A stretch of 64,000 nucleotides of DNA from a virus (taxonomy: Duplodnaviria > Caudoviricetes): positions 135,079 through 199,078 of IMG/VR virus record IMGVR_UViG_3300032030_002802; one strand, 5' to 3'. Under the pieces are notes generated by a model. That model had not been told where the DNA came from, did no database searches, and saw only the letters and a program-made list of their open reading frames with translations. This document shows, in pieces, positions 19,575 through 28,764 of the stretch. Position 1 is the first letter of the stretch. Each line of letters begins with the position of its first letter. The position numbers and the translations under genes are program-made.

Positions 19575-20156
19575 CTATTCCTGCGGCTGGGCCTGGTAGT
19601 CAGACGGCTGGCCTCCCCTGATGGCCCTGTCCACGGCGTATATGCCGCCGGCCATGACGCCACCGGTGCCGACGCGGGCGCCCATCGACTTCCAGAACTC
19701 GCGGGTCCGCTCAGCGTCGACCCCCTTGAGTCGTCGGCTGAAGTGCGAGACATCAGCGCGGGTAGGCAGCGACGGGACAGCCGCCAGCTGCCGCCTGACG
19801 GACTCTGCGCGGGCGTTCAGCCGGTTGACGCGGTCCATCACGCCAGTCCCGCCCTCGATCACGCCCTCCAGCTCCCTGTCGCGCAGCTTTGTGATCGCCT
19901 CGAGACGCGACGTCAACTTCGGAATGGCCGACCTGTCCGGGTGCAGCCTGTTCCAGAGGTTCGAGTACTCCCCGCTGAGCCGGTCGAAGCGCGATCCAGT
20001 CAGCAGCTCGTTGTACCTGCCGGCGAAACCCCTTGCACGAGACAGGGCACGCCCCATCCAAGCAGGGAGAGCCTGCTTGTACAGGGCCGCTGGGTCTACC
20101 CCGAGGGCCTCGGCCGCCTTGCAGAAGCCGGCGGCGTATGCCTCGTCTCGCGTCAT
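19575..20156 (-). CDS. Hypothetical protein with AGFCKAAEA leader cassette, 193 aa
   Basis: Begins MTRDEAYAAGFCKAAEALGVDPAALYKQA-LPAW; paralog of 37839-38438. Confidence 0.75.
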   Translation of the reverse strand: MTRDEAYAAGFCKAAEALGVDPAALYKQALPAWMGRALSRARGFAGRYNELLTGSRFDRLSGEYSNLWNRLHPDRSAIPKLTSRLEAITKLRDRELEGVIEGGTGVMDRVNRLNARAESVRRQLAAVPSLPTRADVSHFSRRLKGVDAERTREFWKSMGARVGTGGVMAGGIYAVDRAIRGGQPSDYQAQPQE

Positions 20157-20187
20157 CGTGCTACTCCAAGCTCAACTTGTGCACCCG

Positions 20188-21051
20188 CTACTGCCTCTGC
20201 CCCTGCGCCTGGTCAATCGCCTTGTTGATCATGCGACGTCTCCCGAAGTGTGCGCCAGCCAGGAGAGCACCCAGTATCGGGGAAGCTACAAGTCCTAATT
20301 TACCGGCCAGGGAACCGGTGTGCGCAAGACGTCCAACCGCCTTTGCGACACCAGGGTGCCGCGCTGAGAACGTAGGGGCGAGTTTCCGGACATGGCGTAT
20401 CCAATGTTTCGCCTTCTCGTTCCCTGCACCCATATTGTCCATTGCCGTAAACACTACCGGCACCCCGAGCGTTCCCGCCGTCGCAGAGCCCAATATGCCG
20501 GCCCAGTTACCGACGTTGCTCGTGCGGTACTTCTCGATGTCGATCCCACGGTCCTTCTTCGCCTTGAGCTCCTGTACAAGCCGCTCCTGCGGGGTGTAGT
20601 CCGGGAGATTTGCGCTCACCCAGTCAGACACCCCGTCCGCCACCTTGGCCAGCGCCCCGGGGTCGACCCCCATGGCCTCGGCGGCCTTGCAGAAGCCGGC
20701 GGCGAACGCCTGCTCCTCCGGAGTGGGCTGGGCCTCAGCGGCCTTGGCCGCCCCCTGGGCCTTGCCGAGCAGGCCCGCGATGAGGTTCCTGGCCGTGCCG
20801 ACTCCGTTGCGCAGGCCCTGCTGCCAGCGCGGGTCGGTCATGAGCTTGTACCCGCCGTAGCCAAGAGCCGCGCCAAGCGTGCCCTTGCCAATGCGCTTGA
20901 GCATCGACTGGTCGTCATCCGTGACGGCAGAGCCGCCTAGTGCGCCGCCTCCGGCCATCGCGAGCGCCCCGGCAATCTGCGCAGGGTCAATCGCGGCCTT
21001 GACAAGCACGGCCCTGCGTGCCTGCGAACGAATTGCTGCTGTCTTGTTCAT
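20188..21051 (-). CDS. Hypothetical two-module protein with KTAAIRSQARR leader and internal AGFCKAAEA cassette, 287 aa
   Basis: AAGGAG RBS; glycine-zipper segments on both sides of the cassette. Confidence 0.75.
   Translation of the reverse strand: MNKTAAIRSQARRAVLVKAAIDPAQIAGALAMAGGGALGGSAVTDDDQSMLKRIGKGTLGAALGYGGYKLMTDPRWQQGLRNGVGTARNLIAGLLGKAQGAAKAAEAQPTPEEQAFAAGFCKAAEAMGVDPGALAKVADGVSDWVSANLPDYTPQERLVQELKAKKDRGIDIEKYRTSNVGNWAGILGSATAGTLGVPVVFTAMDNMGAGNEKAKHWIRHVRKLAPTFSARHPGVAKAVGRLAHTGSLAGKLGLVASPILGALLAGAHFGRRRMINKAIDQAQGQRQ
20654..20718. repeat. 65-bp exact repeat, copy 1 (copy 2 at 38296-38360; diverged copy ~20077-20136)
   Basis: gccccggggtcgacccccatggcctcggcggccttgcagaagccggcggcgaacgcctgctcctc is identical in both places. 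Confidence 0.95.
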
Positions 21052-21062
21052 TACTGTTCTCC

Positions 21063-23510
21063 TTACTGGTCTGCGTCTATTGTCTTGCGGCGCAACGTAA
21101 GCGCCAAATTGCCGAACTGCTTGAACACGCTGCGGAGCGTGTCCTCGAGCTCCGTCGTCTCGGACGTGCCGTAGCGCTCGCCGAAGTCCTCGTTCTTCCA
21201 GTAGTACAGGAAGAGGACCCGGCCGAGCCGGTCCACCGCCTGCATGAACGACGGGATGTAGGAGTCGATCAGCGAGCCGGTGTCGTAAACCTTCGCGAGA
21301 CCGCCGATCGACGAGTAGTCGAACACGTGGCGCTGCCCGAGCTGCCCGGCCTGCGCCGCAAGGTCCATCGCCTCCTGGTCGATCGGGGCCTCCCCGGCGT
21401 TGCCGCCCGGGCCGCCGCTCACGTCCGCGCCGCCGTAGCCCTGCTGGGTCTCGCCCTCGCCGCCGATGTTCTCGCCCAGCGGGTTGCCGTGGGGGACCGG
21501 CGGGGCGCCGTACAGGGGCGCGGTGACCTGCTGCTCGTACGGGCCGTACACGGGCGTGCCGGTGTACGGATCCACGCCCGGAGCCTCTGGCGGCGGAACC
21601 GGCATCTGAGCGCCGACGAACTGCGCGGCCTTGCCGAGATGGATGTGCGTGTGCACCTCCCTGTCCTCAGCCGCCTTCGCGAGCAGGCTCTCTGTGTCGT
21701 CCACGGACAGGCCGAGCCCGCCGGTGAGGGACATGCACGCCTGCTTGTAGTTGTACGGGCGGCTGAGTCCGAAGCCGTCGATGCGGACGTAGAACTCAGG
21801 ACCGTCCTTCAGGACCGTGAGGCCGTGGAACGCCGCCTTCTCCATGCCGAACTTGAGCGACGTGATGTCGCCGAGCGACAGGGACGGGGGCTGCTCCTCC
21901 TTGTGCTTGTCGCGAACGTCCCACGGGGCTTCGAGCACGATAGCCCTGTAGTTTGACGGGACGAGGATGCGGTCCCCGGCCTTCACGGCCTTTCCGGTGC
22001 TCTTGGTGAGGGTGAGACCATGGCAAGGGCTATAAGACCGCTCCGGGCGAAGACGTCCGCTGCGGTCGCGGTAGGGGTCGCCCTTGTAAATGTCGAACTC
22101 GCCGTTGCGCGCCCCGTACGAACCGCACGGGCTGCACGCCTCGTCGCAGCAACAGCCGCCGCCCAGGTAGCCGTCGACCTTGTCGTTCTCGCCGGGGGTG
22201 TACTGCACACCGTCGACCCTGAAGCCTACGATGCAGTGCCTTCCGCTCTTGTCCACGAGCGCGTACGTATACCCCTCGGCCATCTGCGACAGCGGGATGC
22301 CCGTGTCGTAGAGCCCGTCCGCCTCCGCGAGGCGCTGGCCCTTGACGTACAGCGTGTCGCAGCCGGTGATCCCGCGCATCTTCAGCGTACCTTCCGGATC
22401 CGTGACGACTACGGTGCGGCCGGGGCCTTCCTGGGTCGGGATCGTCTGGAGCACCCACGCGGGCTGCGTGGTGCCGTCGGCCGTGAGCACGTCGTACTTG
22501 CCGACGCCGTCCGGGGGCGAGAACGTGGCGGCGTGGTCGTACTCGTACGTGCGGGACAGGGACTGCGGGTCGCGCTTGTCGTCGATGAAGAAGCCGTTGC
22601 AGAGCAGGCGCTGGCGGTCGGCGACCGACGTGTCGCCGCTCGCGTCGTCCACGATGCGGAGCTTGGGCTCCTCCGCCTTCTTGCACCCGTTCGCCGTCTC
22701 CCTGAACTGGCGGACGTAGAGCGTCTCGACGTTTGGGTAGACGGTAAGCGCCGCGTTCGCGAACTTGACGTTCGTGCAGAGCGCGTCGAACAGGGACGAG
22801 ACCGCCTTTGGCCCGCCCCGCTCCGACAGCCAGCGCACCAGGTCGCCCGACTCGGCCTTCTTCGAGAGCTCCTTGCCGTTCAGCGCGCCGACGAAACCGG
22901 CGAACGCCTCCTGCATGTCCTTGTCGGACTTGAGCTTCTCGACCGTGGTGCGGCACATGGCGTCCCACGCGGCCTTGAACAGCGACTTGCCCTCCTCGAA
23001 CTCGTCGTAGCCCTCCGCGTCGCGCGCGGCCGCGGTCTTGGAGCCGTACGCCGCCCCGATGCTCGGGCGGCGGACGAAGTCGAAATTCGGGTTCTCGAAG
23101 TCCGGGCGCACCCTCTTCGCGTCAGCCGAGTCGCCGAGCTCGATCGAGTCGCGCTGGATGACGTTGTCGACCCACTCCTCGGTAAGCGGGAAGAACATGT
23201 TGGTCTTCTTTGAGAAGATCATGTCGACTCCGCGCACCTGGTTCGCGATGAAGAAAGCCGGTATGTAGTAGAAGTCGTCGCCGACCTTGAAGCCGAACAC
23301 GCCGATAGCCTTGCTGCCGTCCGGCTCGTGCTCCACCACCTCGAAGCCGAGGACGTAGCGCATCAGCTGCGCCGCCCTGTCGGCCACGAACATGTAGGCG
23401 AGCTTGGAGAAGTCCTGCTCGAGCTGCTCCTCCTGCACGTCCATCTGCGCTACTTTTGAAAGCTGGCCCACTGCTCCAGGCATGGCCGCCCTGAGGTCTT
23501 CGTAACTCAT
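21063..23510 (-). CDS. Large hypothetical head-module protein with K-x-A motifs, 815 aa
   Basis: Long GC3-biased ORF; SKVAQ, SKTAA, SKKAE, CKKAE, EKAAF, GKAAQ; Cys cluster CCCDEACSPC. Confidence 0.8.
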   Translation of the reverse strand: MSYEDLRAAMPGAVGQLSKVAQMDVQEEQLEQDFSKLAYMFVADRAAQLMRYVLGFEVVEHEPDGSKAIGVFGFKVGDDFYYIPAFFIANQVRGVDMIFSKKTNMFFPLTEEWVDNVIQRDSIELGDSADAKRVRPDFENPNFDFVRRPSIGAAYGSKTAAARDAEGYDEFEEGKSLFKAAWDAMCRTTVEKLKSDKDMQEAFAGFVGALNGKELSKKAESGDLVRWLSERGGPKAVSSLFDALCTNVKFANAALTVYPNVETLYVRQFRETANGCKKAEEPKLRIVDDASGDTSVADRQRLLCNGFFIDDKRDPQSLSRTYEYDHAATFSPPDGVGKYDVLTADGTTQPAWVLQTIPTQEGPGRTVVVTDPEGTLKMRGITGCDTLYVKGQRLAEADGLYDTGIPLSQMAEGYTYALVDKSGRHCIVGFRVDGVQYTPGENDKVDGYLGGGCCCDEACSPCGSYGARNGEFDIYKGDPYRDRSGRLRPERSYSPCHGLTLTKSTGKAVKAGDRILVPSNYRAIVLEAPWDVRDKHKEEQPPSLSLGDITSLKFGMEKAAFHGLTVLKDGPEFYVRIDGFGLSRPYNYKQACMSLTGGLGLSVDDTESLLAKAAEDREVHTHIHLGKAAQFVGAQMPVPPPEAPGVDPYTGTPVYGPYEQQVTAPLYGAPPVPHGNPLGENIGGEGETQQGYGGADVSGGPGGNAGEAPIDQEAMDLAAQAGQLGQRHVFDYSSIGGLAKVYDTGSLIDSYIPSFMQAVDRLGRVLFLYYWKNEDFGERYGTSETTELEDTLRSVFKQFGNLALTLRRKTIDADQ

Positions 23511-23830
23511 TGTCCAATCCTCCTGTACCCGGGGATGTTATCGTCTGAAAGCGGTTTCGGCGTAAAGTACTTGTCCGCGATCGCGCGCAGCCCGGCGCCG
23601 ATCGCGCCGCGGATGCCGTACACCGGCGTGGCCACGGAATTGCCGGGCTGGGCCTGGACGGCGCGGATCTGGTCCTTGATGTACTGCTGCTGCATGACGT
23701 TGTACGAGAAATCCGCGCCGACGCGGTTGAGCAGGTCGTCAAGAGTAGGCTGGGGGGCGGACGGGCCGCCGAAGAACCCACCCGCCTCCTTCACCGTGCT
23801 GCGTAGCTCTGCGATCATGCTCATGGTCAT
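23507..23830 (-). CDS. Hypothetical protein, 107 aa
   Basis: ATGA-type overlaps; N-terminal ...TVKEAG. Confidence 0.65.
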   Translation of the reverse strand: MTMSMIAELRSTVKEAGGFFGGPSAPQPTLDDLLNRVGADFSYNVMQQQYIKDQIRAVQAQPGNSVATPVYGIRGAIGAGLRAIADKYFTPKPLSDDNIPGYRRIGQ

Positions 23831-24564
23831 ATCATCTTGTTGGAGTAGCCTACCTGGTAGAACATTTTCTTGTTCGAGCCGAACGAGTCGGGGAGCCCCT
23901 TGCCATAGTTCGGCGTGGTCGACGGACCCGGCGGCTTGATCTTCGCCCCCTCGTACTTGGGGTTGTACGCCCCTCCCCGGATCGCGGCGCTGCCGGCGCG
24001 CGACTTGTACTGGTCGGCGTAGTCGTCGGTGAGCCCCGCGTGGACGCGGTTGACCTCGCTCATGTACTGCTTGGCGTCGTTCACCCTGAAGTCTGCGTCC
24101 CGCACGAACCCCTCCTGGAGGGCCCCCGCGACCTCGGGCGCAGTGGTCATGTTCTCGGAGACGTAGTTGTCGAGCCTCTGGTTCTCCATGTCCCGCAGCT
24201 CGCGGTCGTACGCCGCTGCGTCAGGTACGTTGCTGCCGCCGAAGAAACGGCGTATGCCGCTCGTCCACTTACCGAACCGGTTGCTGATCCAGTTCCCCCA
24301 GCCCGCGTTCGGGCTAAAGGCCCGCGAATACCAGTTGCGGGAGCTGAGCGCAAGTTCACGCGCCTTCTCGGGGGTCATCTGGGCATAGGGGTTCTTCTCA
24401 CGCCACTCCCTGTAGTTGTCGTGCATGTTCTGCGCGGCGGAGTCCCAGAAGAGACCGGCCTCCTTCGTCAGGACGCTGGCGACCCCGTCCGCATAGGCCG
24501 GGGACACCGCACCGGATTTCACGAGCGCGTCGAGCGCGCCCAGGATGTAGGCCGGGGTGCACAT
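23827..24564 (-). CDS. Hypothetical protein, 245 aa
   Basis: Leader AYILGALDALVK...AYADGVASVLTKEA followed by an aromatic/basic domain. Confidence 0.7.
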   Translation of the reverse strand: MCTPAYILGALDALVKSGAVSPAYADGVASVLTKEAGLFWDSAAQNMHDNYREWREKNPYAQMTPEKARELALSSRNWYSRAFSPNAGWGNWISNRFGKWTSGIRRFFGGSNVPDAAAYDRELRDMENQRLDNYVSENMTTAPEVAGALQEGFVRDADFRVNDAKQYMSEVNRVHAGLTDDYADQYKSRAGSAAIRGGAYNPKYEGAKIKPPGPSTTPNYGKGLPDSFGSNKKMFYQVGYSNKMI

Positions 24565-24566
24565 GG

Positions 24567-25064
24567 TTACGACCCCGCTATCACGGCCGGCGCCGCCTGC
24601 TGCGCCTTGCCCTGCAGGACGGCGATGAGCGTGTCGAGCTTGGCGCTGATGTCGGCCTGGGGCTGCTGGGCCTGCTGCTGCGCCGGCGCGCCGTTCGCGC
24701 CGAACGCCGCCATCATCTGCTTGATGAACTTGGTGAACTCGTCGGCCGTCATGTTGATCATGCCGGTCTGCGGCGCGCCTCCCGCCATCGACGGATCAAC
24801 TGGCGGCATGCCGGCCATCGGGTCGCCGCCCGGGGGCATCCCGCCCATCATGGACGGGTCCACGCCGGGGGGCATCCCGCCGGCCCCCGGATCGCCGCCG
24901 GGGGGCATCCCGCCAGCCCCGGGGTCCATTCCAGGAGGCGGCATGCCACCTGCACCCGGGTCGCCGCCAGGCGGCGGAGGGCCGCCCGCGCCGGGATCGC
25001 CCGGAACGAAAGCGCGCTTCACAAGCACGGCGCGGACTGCGTCCGCCATAGATCGTCTGGTCAT
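24567..25064 (-). CDS. Pro/Gly/Met repeat protein, 165 aa
   Basis: AAGGAG RBS; about six (G/M)DPGAGGMPPG units after the leader RAVLVKRA. Confidence 0.75.
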   Translation of the reverse strand: MTRRSMADAVRAVLVKRAFVPGDPGAGGPPPPGGDPGAGGMPPPGMDPGAGGMPPGGDPGAGGMPPGVDPSMMGGMPPGGDPMAGMPPVDPSMAGGAPQTGMINMTADEFTKFIKQMMAAFGANGAPAQQQAQQPQADISAKLDTLIAVLQGKAQQAAPAVIAGS

Positions 25065-25089
25065 ACCTAATTCTCCTTTAGCGGTTAAT

Positions 25090-25118
25090 ATGATACTGCA
25101 TCATCTGGAAAAAGTCAA
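25090..25118 (-). promoter_or_regulatory. sigma70-like promoter TTGACT-N17-TATCAT
   Basis: Upstream of the RBS of 24567-25064. Confidence 0.65.
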
Positions 25119-25364
25119 TGCGTCCCCGGCATTTTTCGACGCGGCCGCGATCACGTCAGCGAACGGCCTCGGCGGCATCAGGCCGAGCCTGACGCAGACT
25201 GCGCCCCAGTCCTTGTCGTCCGGCGTACTCAGGCCCCACGAGTCGCCGGCCAGCCGGTAGAGTATGATCATCGGCGCGCCGGACACGCTGCGCACGACGA
25301 CCATCTGCGCGTCCGGGTCGTCGCACAGCGGCGGACGCATGACGTCCTTCCCGTACACCGTCAC
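25101..25364 (-). CDS. Small hypothetical protein (~87 aa)
   Basis: GTG at 25364 overlapping the upstream stop (GTGA). Confidence 0.5.
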   Translation of the reverse strand: MTVYGKDVMRPPLCDDPDAQMVVVRSVSGAPMIILYRLAGDSWGLSTPDDKDWGAVCVRLGLMPPRPFADVIAAASKNAGDALTFSR

Positions 25365-26386
25365 CCTGCCGTCCACGCGCCGCCTCCCTCCACCATGCGC
25401 TCGCGGACGAGCAGGCGCACCAGCTCGCAGTACTCGTCGTACGTGGGGCTGTAGCTCCCGTCCACGATCTCGGGCAGCCTGCCCCACAGGCCCTCGCGTC
25501 CGCGCACCAGCCTGCGGACGTACTCCAGGTAGGCGTCGTACGTCGGCCCGCGGCCGCCGCCGGAGATGTCGCGTAGGCCGTCCCAGCCAATTCCGGCTAT
25601 CCGCAGCAGCAGACACACCCGGTCCACGTACTCGTCGACCGTCGGGTCGTAACTCCCGTCGACTATGGCCGGCAGCTTCGACCGCAGCGCGTCGTCGTGG
25701 ACGACGAACCACGACAGGCGGCACACGGCCGCGTCGACCTCCTCGGCCGTCGGGTCGTAACCGCACTCCCCGTAAACGGCCTCGGCCACGCCGCCGAAAC
25801 CCAGCATGGCCCGAGACACCGCGTCGACGGCGGCAACCAGCTGCTCGTGCGTAAGCCGGCTGTACGGCTGCGCCGCCAGATCCACCTCGGGAGTCAGGGA
25901 CAGCGGAGCGCCCTTAGTCTGGTCGTTGCGGTACGGGATGTCGTTTATGGAGCCGGTCGGCTCGTACTCTATCTGGAAATTCCCAGTCAACTGGGTCTCC
26001 CGGACGATGCCGTCGTCCACGACAACGGAAAACGAGTACGCCCCGCGGCGAAGCACGTTCATCACGGTGCGCGGAACGGTGATGTGAACCAGTCCGGGAC
26101 GGTGCTCGTCCGGGACGATCCATCCGCCATCGGCCGACCCCGACCATAGCACCGGGCTGAAACGGTTCTCGGCCACGGCCACATATATCTTGACGCGGTC
26201 AAGGTCATCCTTCTTCACCGGCTCGCCGGTGGACGGGACGCGCACAGTAGTGGTGAAGGCCAGCGTGTCGCCGCTGACGCACTTTATGAGCCTGCGGCCG
26301 CCACACGGTATGTTCACCCCGTGCGGCCTGTCGTCGGCTATGCGCCTCTTTCCGTGGTTGTACAGGTGCATTCTCGTCACTCCCAT
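25361..26386 (-). CDS. Ig-like (BppU-N-like) domain plus helical repeat protein, 341 aa
   Basis: GDTLAFTTTV...GLVHITVP...GAYSFSV...LTGNFQI; C-terminal YDPTxxEY repeats. Confidence 0.55.
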   Translation of the reverse strand: MGVTRMHLYNHGKRRIADDRPHGVNIPCGGRRLIKCVSGDTLAFTTTVRVPSTGEPVKKDDLDRVKIYVAVAENRFSPVLWSGSADGGWIVPDEHRPGLVHITVPRTVMNVLRRGAYSFSVVVDDGIVRETQLTGNFQIEYEPTGSINDIPYRNDQTKGAPLSLTPEVDLAAQPYSRLTHEQLVAAVDAVSRAMLGFGGVAEAVYGECGYDPTAEEVDAAVCRLSWFVVHDDALRSKLPAIVDGSYDPTVDEYVDRVCLLLRIAGIGWDGLRDISGGGRGPTYDAYLEYVRRLVRGREGLWGRLPEIVDGSYSPTYDEYCELVRLLVRERMVEGGGAWTAG

Positions 26387-26727
26387 TTGTCAGCGCCGGG
26401 CAGCATCGGCTGCCGCACCGACGGCGAAACCGCCTCTGCCCGCATGGCGGAAACCGTGTCAACGAGCTTGTCGACCATGTCGTCCGTGACGGCGTCCGCC
26501 ACCAGGTCCGCAATCAGCTTGTCCTTGTCGGCGGGCAACTCCGTCTCGTTCCACCGGTCGACGAAGTCCGCTATCCGGCGCAGCCACGCCGTAGTGGCGG
26601 AGATCGACTCCCACGTCCCGCGGACAATGCAGTACCCCATCAGCCACGACAACGCTGCGGCTATGATCTTCCGCACGCGCCCCGGCGTGATTATCTTCGA
26701 CAAAAGCCATCTCTTCAGACTCTGCAT
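26377..26727 (-). CDS. Small membrane protein (holin-like candidate), 116 aa
   Basis: Basic N-terminus and hydrophobic IIAAALSWLMGYCIV; GGAGGAG RBS. Confidence 0.45.
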   Translation of the reverse strand: MQSLKRWLLSKIITPGRVRKIIAAALSWLMGYCIVRGTWESISATTAWLRRIADFVDRWNETELPADKDKLIADLVADAVTDDMVDKLVDTVSAMRAEAVSPSVRQPMLPGADKWE

Positions 26728-26746
26728 ACAGCTCCTCCGCCTACGG

Positions 26747-27091
26747 TCACCGTCCCATGAACTTGACGACCACGTTCACCCCCATGGCTACAAGCACGCC
26801 AATAAGTATAACCTTCGCCGTCCACAGCAGGATCGTCCGGAGAGTGGTGCCCCACTTCTCCTTCTCCTCTATGATGCGCTTGTCGAAGTTGTTCATCCTG
26901 GCTCCGAAGTCATGCCCGAGGTTGACGACCGCCTCGTTCAGCACCCTGAACCCGTACTGCGTCTCCGATCTCATGTTCGCGACATCCTGCTCGACCTTGG
27001 TCAACCGCGTGTCCAGCGTTGACGTGGCGGCCTTGACCGCCGCGAGCTCCTCGCGCAGGACGCACCCTTCCTTTGACGCCGCCATGCACAT
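26747..27091 (-). CDS. Coiled-coil protein with C-terminal TM helix (holin/XhlA-like candidate)
   Basis: LDTRLTKVEQDV coiled coil; ILLWTAKVILIGVLVAMGVNVVV; ATG at 27091 after GGAGG. Confidence 0.5.
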   Translation of the reverse strand: MCMAASKEGCVLREELAAVKAATSTLDTRLTKVEQDVANMRSETQYGFRVLNEAVVNLGHDFGARMNNFDKRIIEEKEKWGTTLRTILLWTAKVILIGVLVAMGVNVVVKFMGR

Positions 27092-27107
27092 GGCCGCCCA
27101 CCTCCGA

Positions 27108-28700
27108 TCAGTCTCCGAACGACGCAGGGAAATTGGTAACCGTGCCGCCAAGAGCCTCTACGACTGCCTTGAGGGCCTTAGCCCTATCGGCCTCCGTGCC
27201 GAAATTAAAATACTTACCGGCAAGCGGCTTGACCGGCTTGCGCGAAGAGTCGATCAACCCCATATTCTCCAGATCCTCACGACGGATGACGCTGTTGTAC
27301 GCATAGTCATTGAATGCCCACGTGACACCCCAGGAGCTAACCTCGATGCCACCGGACCCCGAGGTAACCACTGAGCCGTCGGTAAAGCGGATCCCGCCGT
27401 TATAGCCGACGGACAGCTCGCCATCGAGGACGGCACCGGTGAAATCCGCGCTATCTGCCGTCACCGTACAGCCTGCTGGAAGCCCGAGCGCGGAAACCAG
27501 CTTCTCAGCCTCGGCGAAAGTCCGTCCCACAAACGTAATGTTCGCGAGGCCGGCACACCCCTGAAGTGCGTCTCTGTCGATATAGCGCACGCTAGGCGAT
27601 ATTGTCAGGCTGGTAAGGCCGCGGCACTGCCCGAACGCGTTAGCGTCGATGCGGGTCACGCCGTACGGAACCGTCACGTCGGTAAGACTAGTACAGCCGT
27701 AAAACGTGTAACTCTTAATACTCTGCATATTGGATGGCAGGGTTACCGCGCTCAGACTGGTGCAGCCCTGGAATACAGCGCCGCCAACGCCACCCACGCT
27801 GTCTGGCAGCACCACCTCACGCAAACTCGTACAGTTATAAAACACAGAGTTTCTAACACGCGTTACGCTAGCTGGTATCACCACGTTAGTGAGACTGGTG
27901 CATCCGGAAAACGACTGGGAGGCAAGCTCGGATATACCAAGCGGCAGCACCATGCTCTCGAGACCAGTGCAACCCCTGAACGCCCCTGCCCCGATAGCGG
28001 ACACACTGGTGGGGATCACCACGTTAGTGAGGCCGGTGTAATCCCTGAACGCCCCGCTGCCGATGCTCGTCACACCGGTGCCGATTCGCACAGACACCAC
28101 GTTGTCGAAATTAGTAATCATGCCAGCTGTCAGCTCGCCCTCTATGTTGAAAGAGGCGGCCGTCCTGCCCGCATACACTACGACGGTCTTCCGGGCAGCG
28201 GCCTTCTCAAGCGCCCACGCGCGGGCATTGGCATTCGACGCCGCAATGAAGTTATTCGTGGCGTAGAGCCGTAAACTGTCAACCCACTCAAACAACGCAG
28301 CTATATTCGCGTCAAGCGCATCAGCGATGTTCCTAGTATCACCAGCCAACGCCTCTACGCGCTTAACCACACCCGCATGCCGCGGCCCCAGGACAGACTG
28401 ATCGTACGCCCCGATCAGGTCGTTAACGGCATTGGTGTCGACGCCGCCGGAACCGCCGGAACTGCCTTCGCGCGGCTGTATGACCGTGCGGTCGTACTCC
28501 GCCACCACCTCGCGCACCGCGTTGGTGTCTAGCCCGCCTCCGGTACCGCCCTTGACGTCGACCACGACCAGGTCGTCGCGGTGAAGCGAGCCGAGACGGG
28601 CCTTGACTACCCCGTCGGCATCAAGGCGGCTACTGGCGCAGCTGGCCGTTAACGCCAGCACGATCGCCGTGACAACTCTTTTGTGCAGCATGTTTTTCAT
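27108..28700 (-). CDS. Secreted BspA-type leucine-rich repeat (LRR_5) protein, ~530 aa
   Basis: Signal-like KRVVTAIVLALTASC; about 8 repeats of IPxSVxxIgxxAFxGCTSLxxV; lower GC than flanks. Confidence 0.85.
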   Translation of the reverse strand: MKNMLHKRVVTAIVLALTASCASSRLDADGVVKARLGSLHRDDLVVVDVKGGTGGGLDTNAVREVVAEYDRTVIQPREGSSGGSGGVDTNAVNDLIGAYDQSVLGPRHAGVVKRVEALAGDTRNIADALDANIAALFEWVDSLRLYATNNFIAASNANARAWALEKAAARKTVVVYAGRTAASFNIEGELTAGMITNFDNVVSVRIGTGVTSIGSGAFRDYTGLTNVVIPTSVSAIGAGAFRGCTGLESMVLPLGISELASQSFSGCTSLTNVVIPASVTRVRNSVFYNCTSLREVVLPDSVGGVGGAVFQGCTSLSAVTLPSNMQSIKSYTFYGCTSLTDVTVPYGVTRIDANAFGQCRGLTSLTISPSVRYIDRDALQGCAGLANITFVGRTFAEAEKLVSALGLPAGCTVTADSADFTGAVLDGELSVGYNGGIRFTDGSVVTSGSGGIEVSSWGVTWAFNDYAYNSVIRREDLENMGLIDSSRKPVKPLAGKYFNFGTEADRAKALKAVVEALGGTVTNFPASFGD

Positions 28701-28723
28701 GTCGATAAGTCCTCGCTGTCTGT

Positions 28724-28752
28724 ATTGTACCATGATTCGCCAAAATACACAA
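28724..28752 (-). promoter_or_regulatory. sigma70-like promoter TTGTGT-N17-TACAAT (extended TG)
   Basis: Intergenic, between the RNAP stop and the LRR gene. Confidence 0.55.
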
Positions 28753-28764
28753 GATGGTACCGCC

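Noticed and set aside
21063-23510. Portal or terminase assignment for the 815-aa protein
   Set aside because: No Walker A/B, nuclease or recognisable portal motifs; left as hypothetical.
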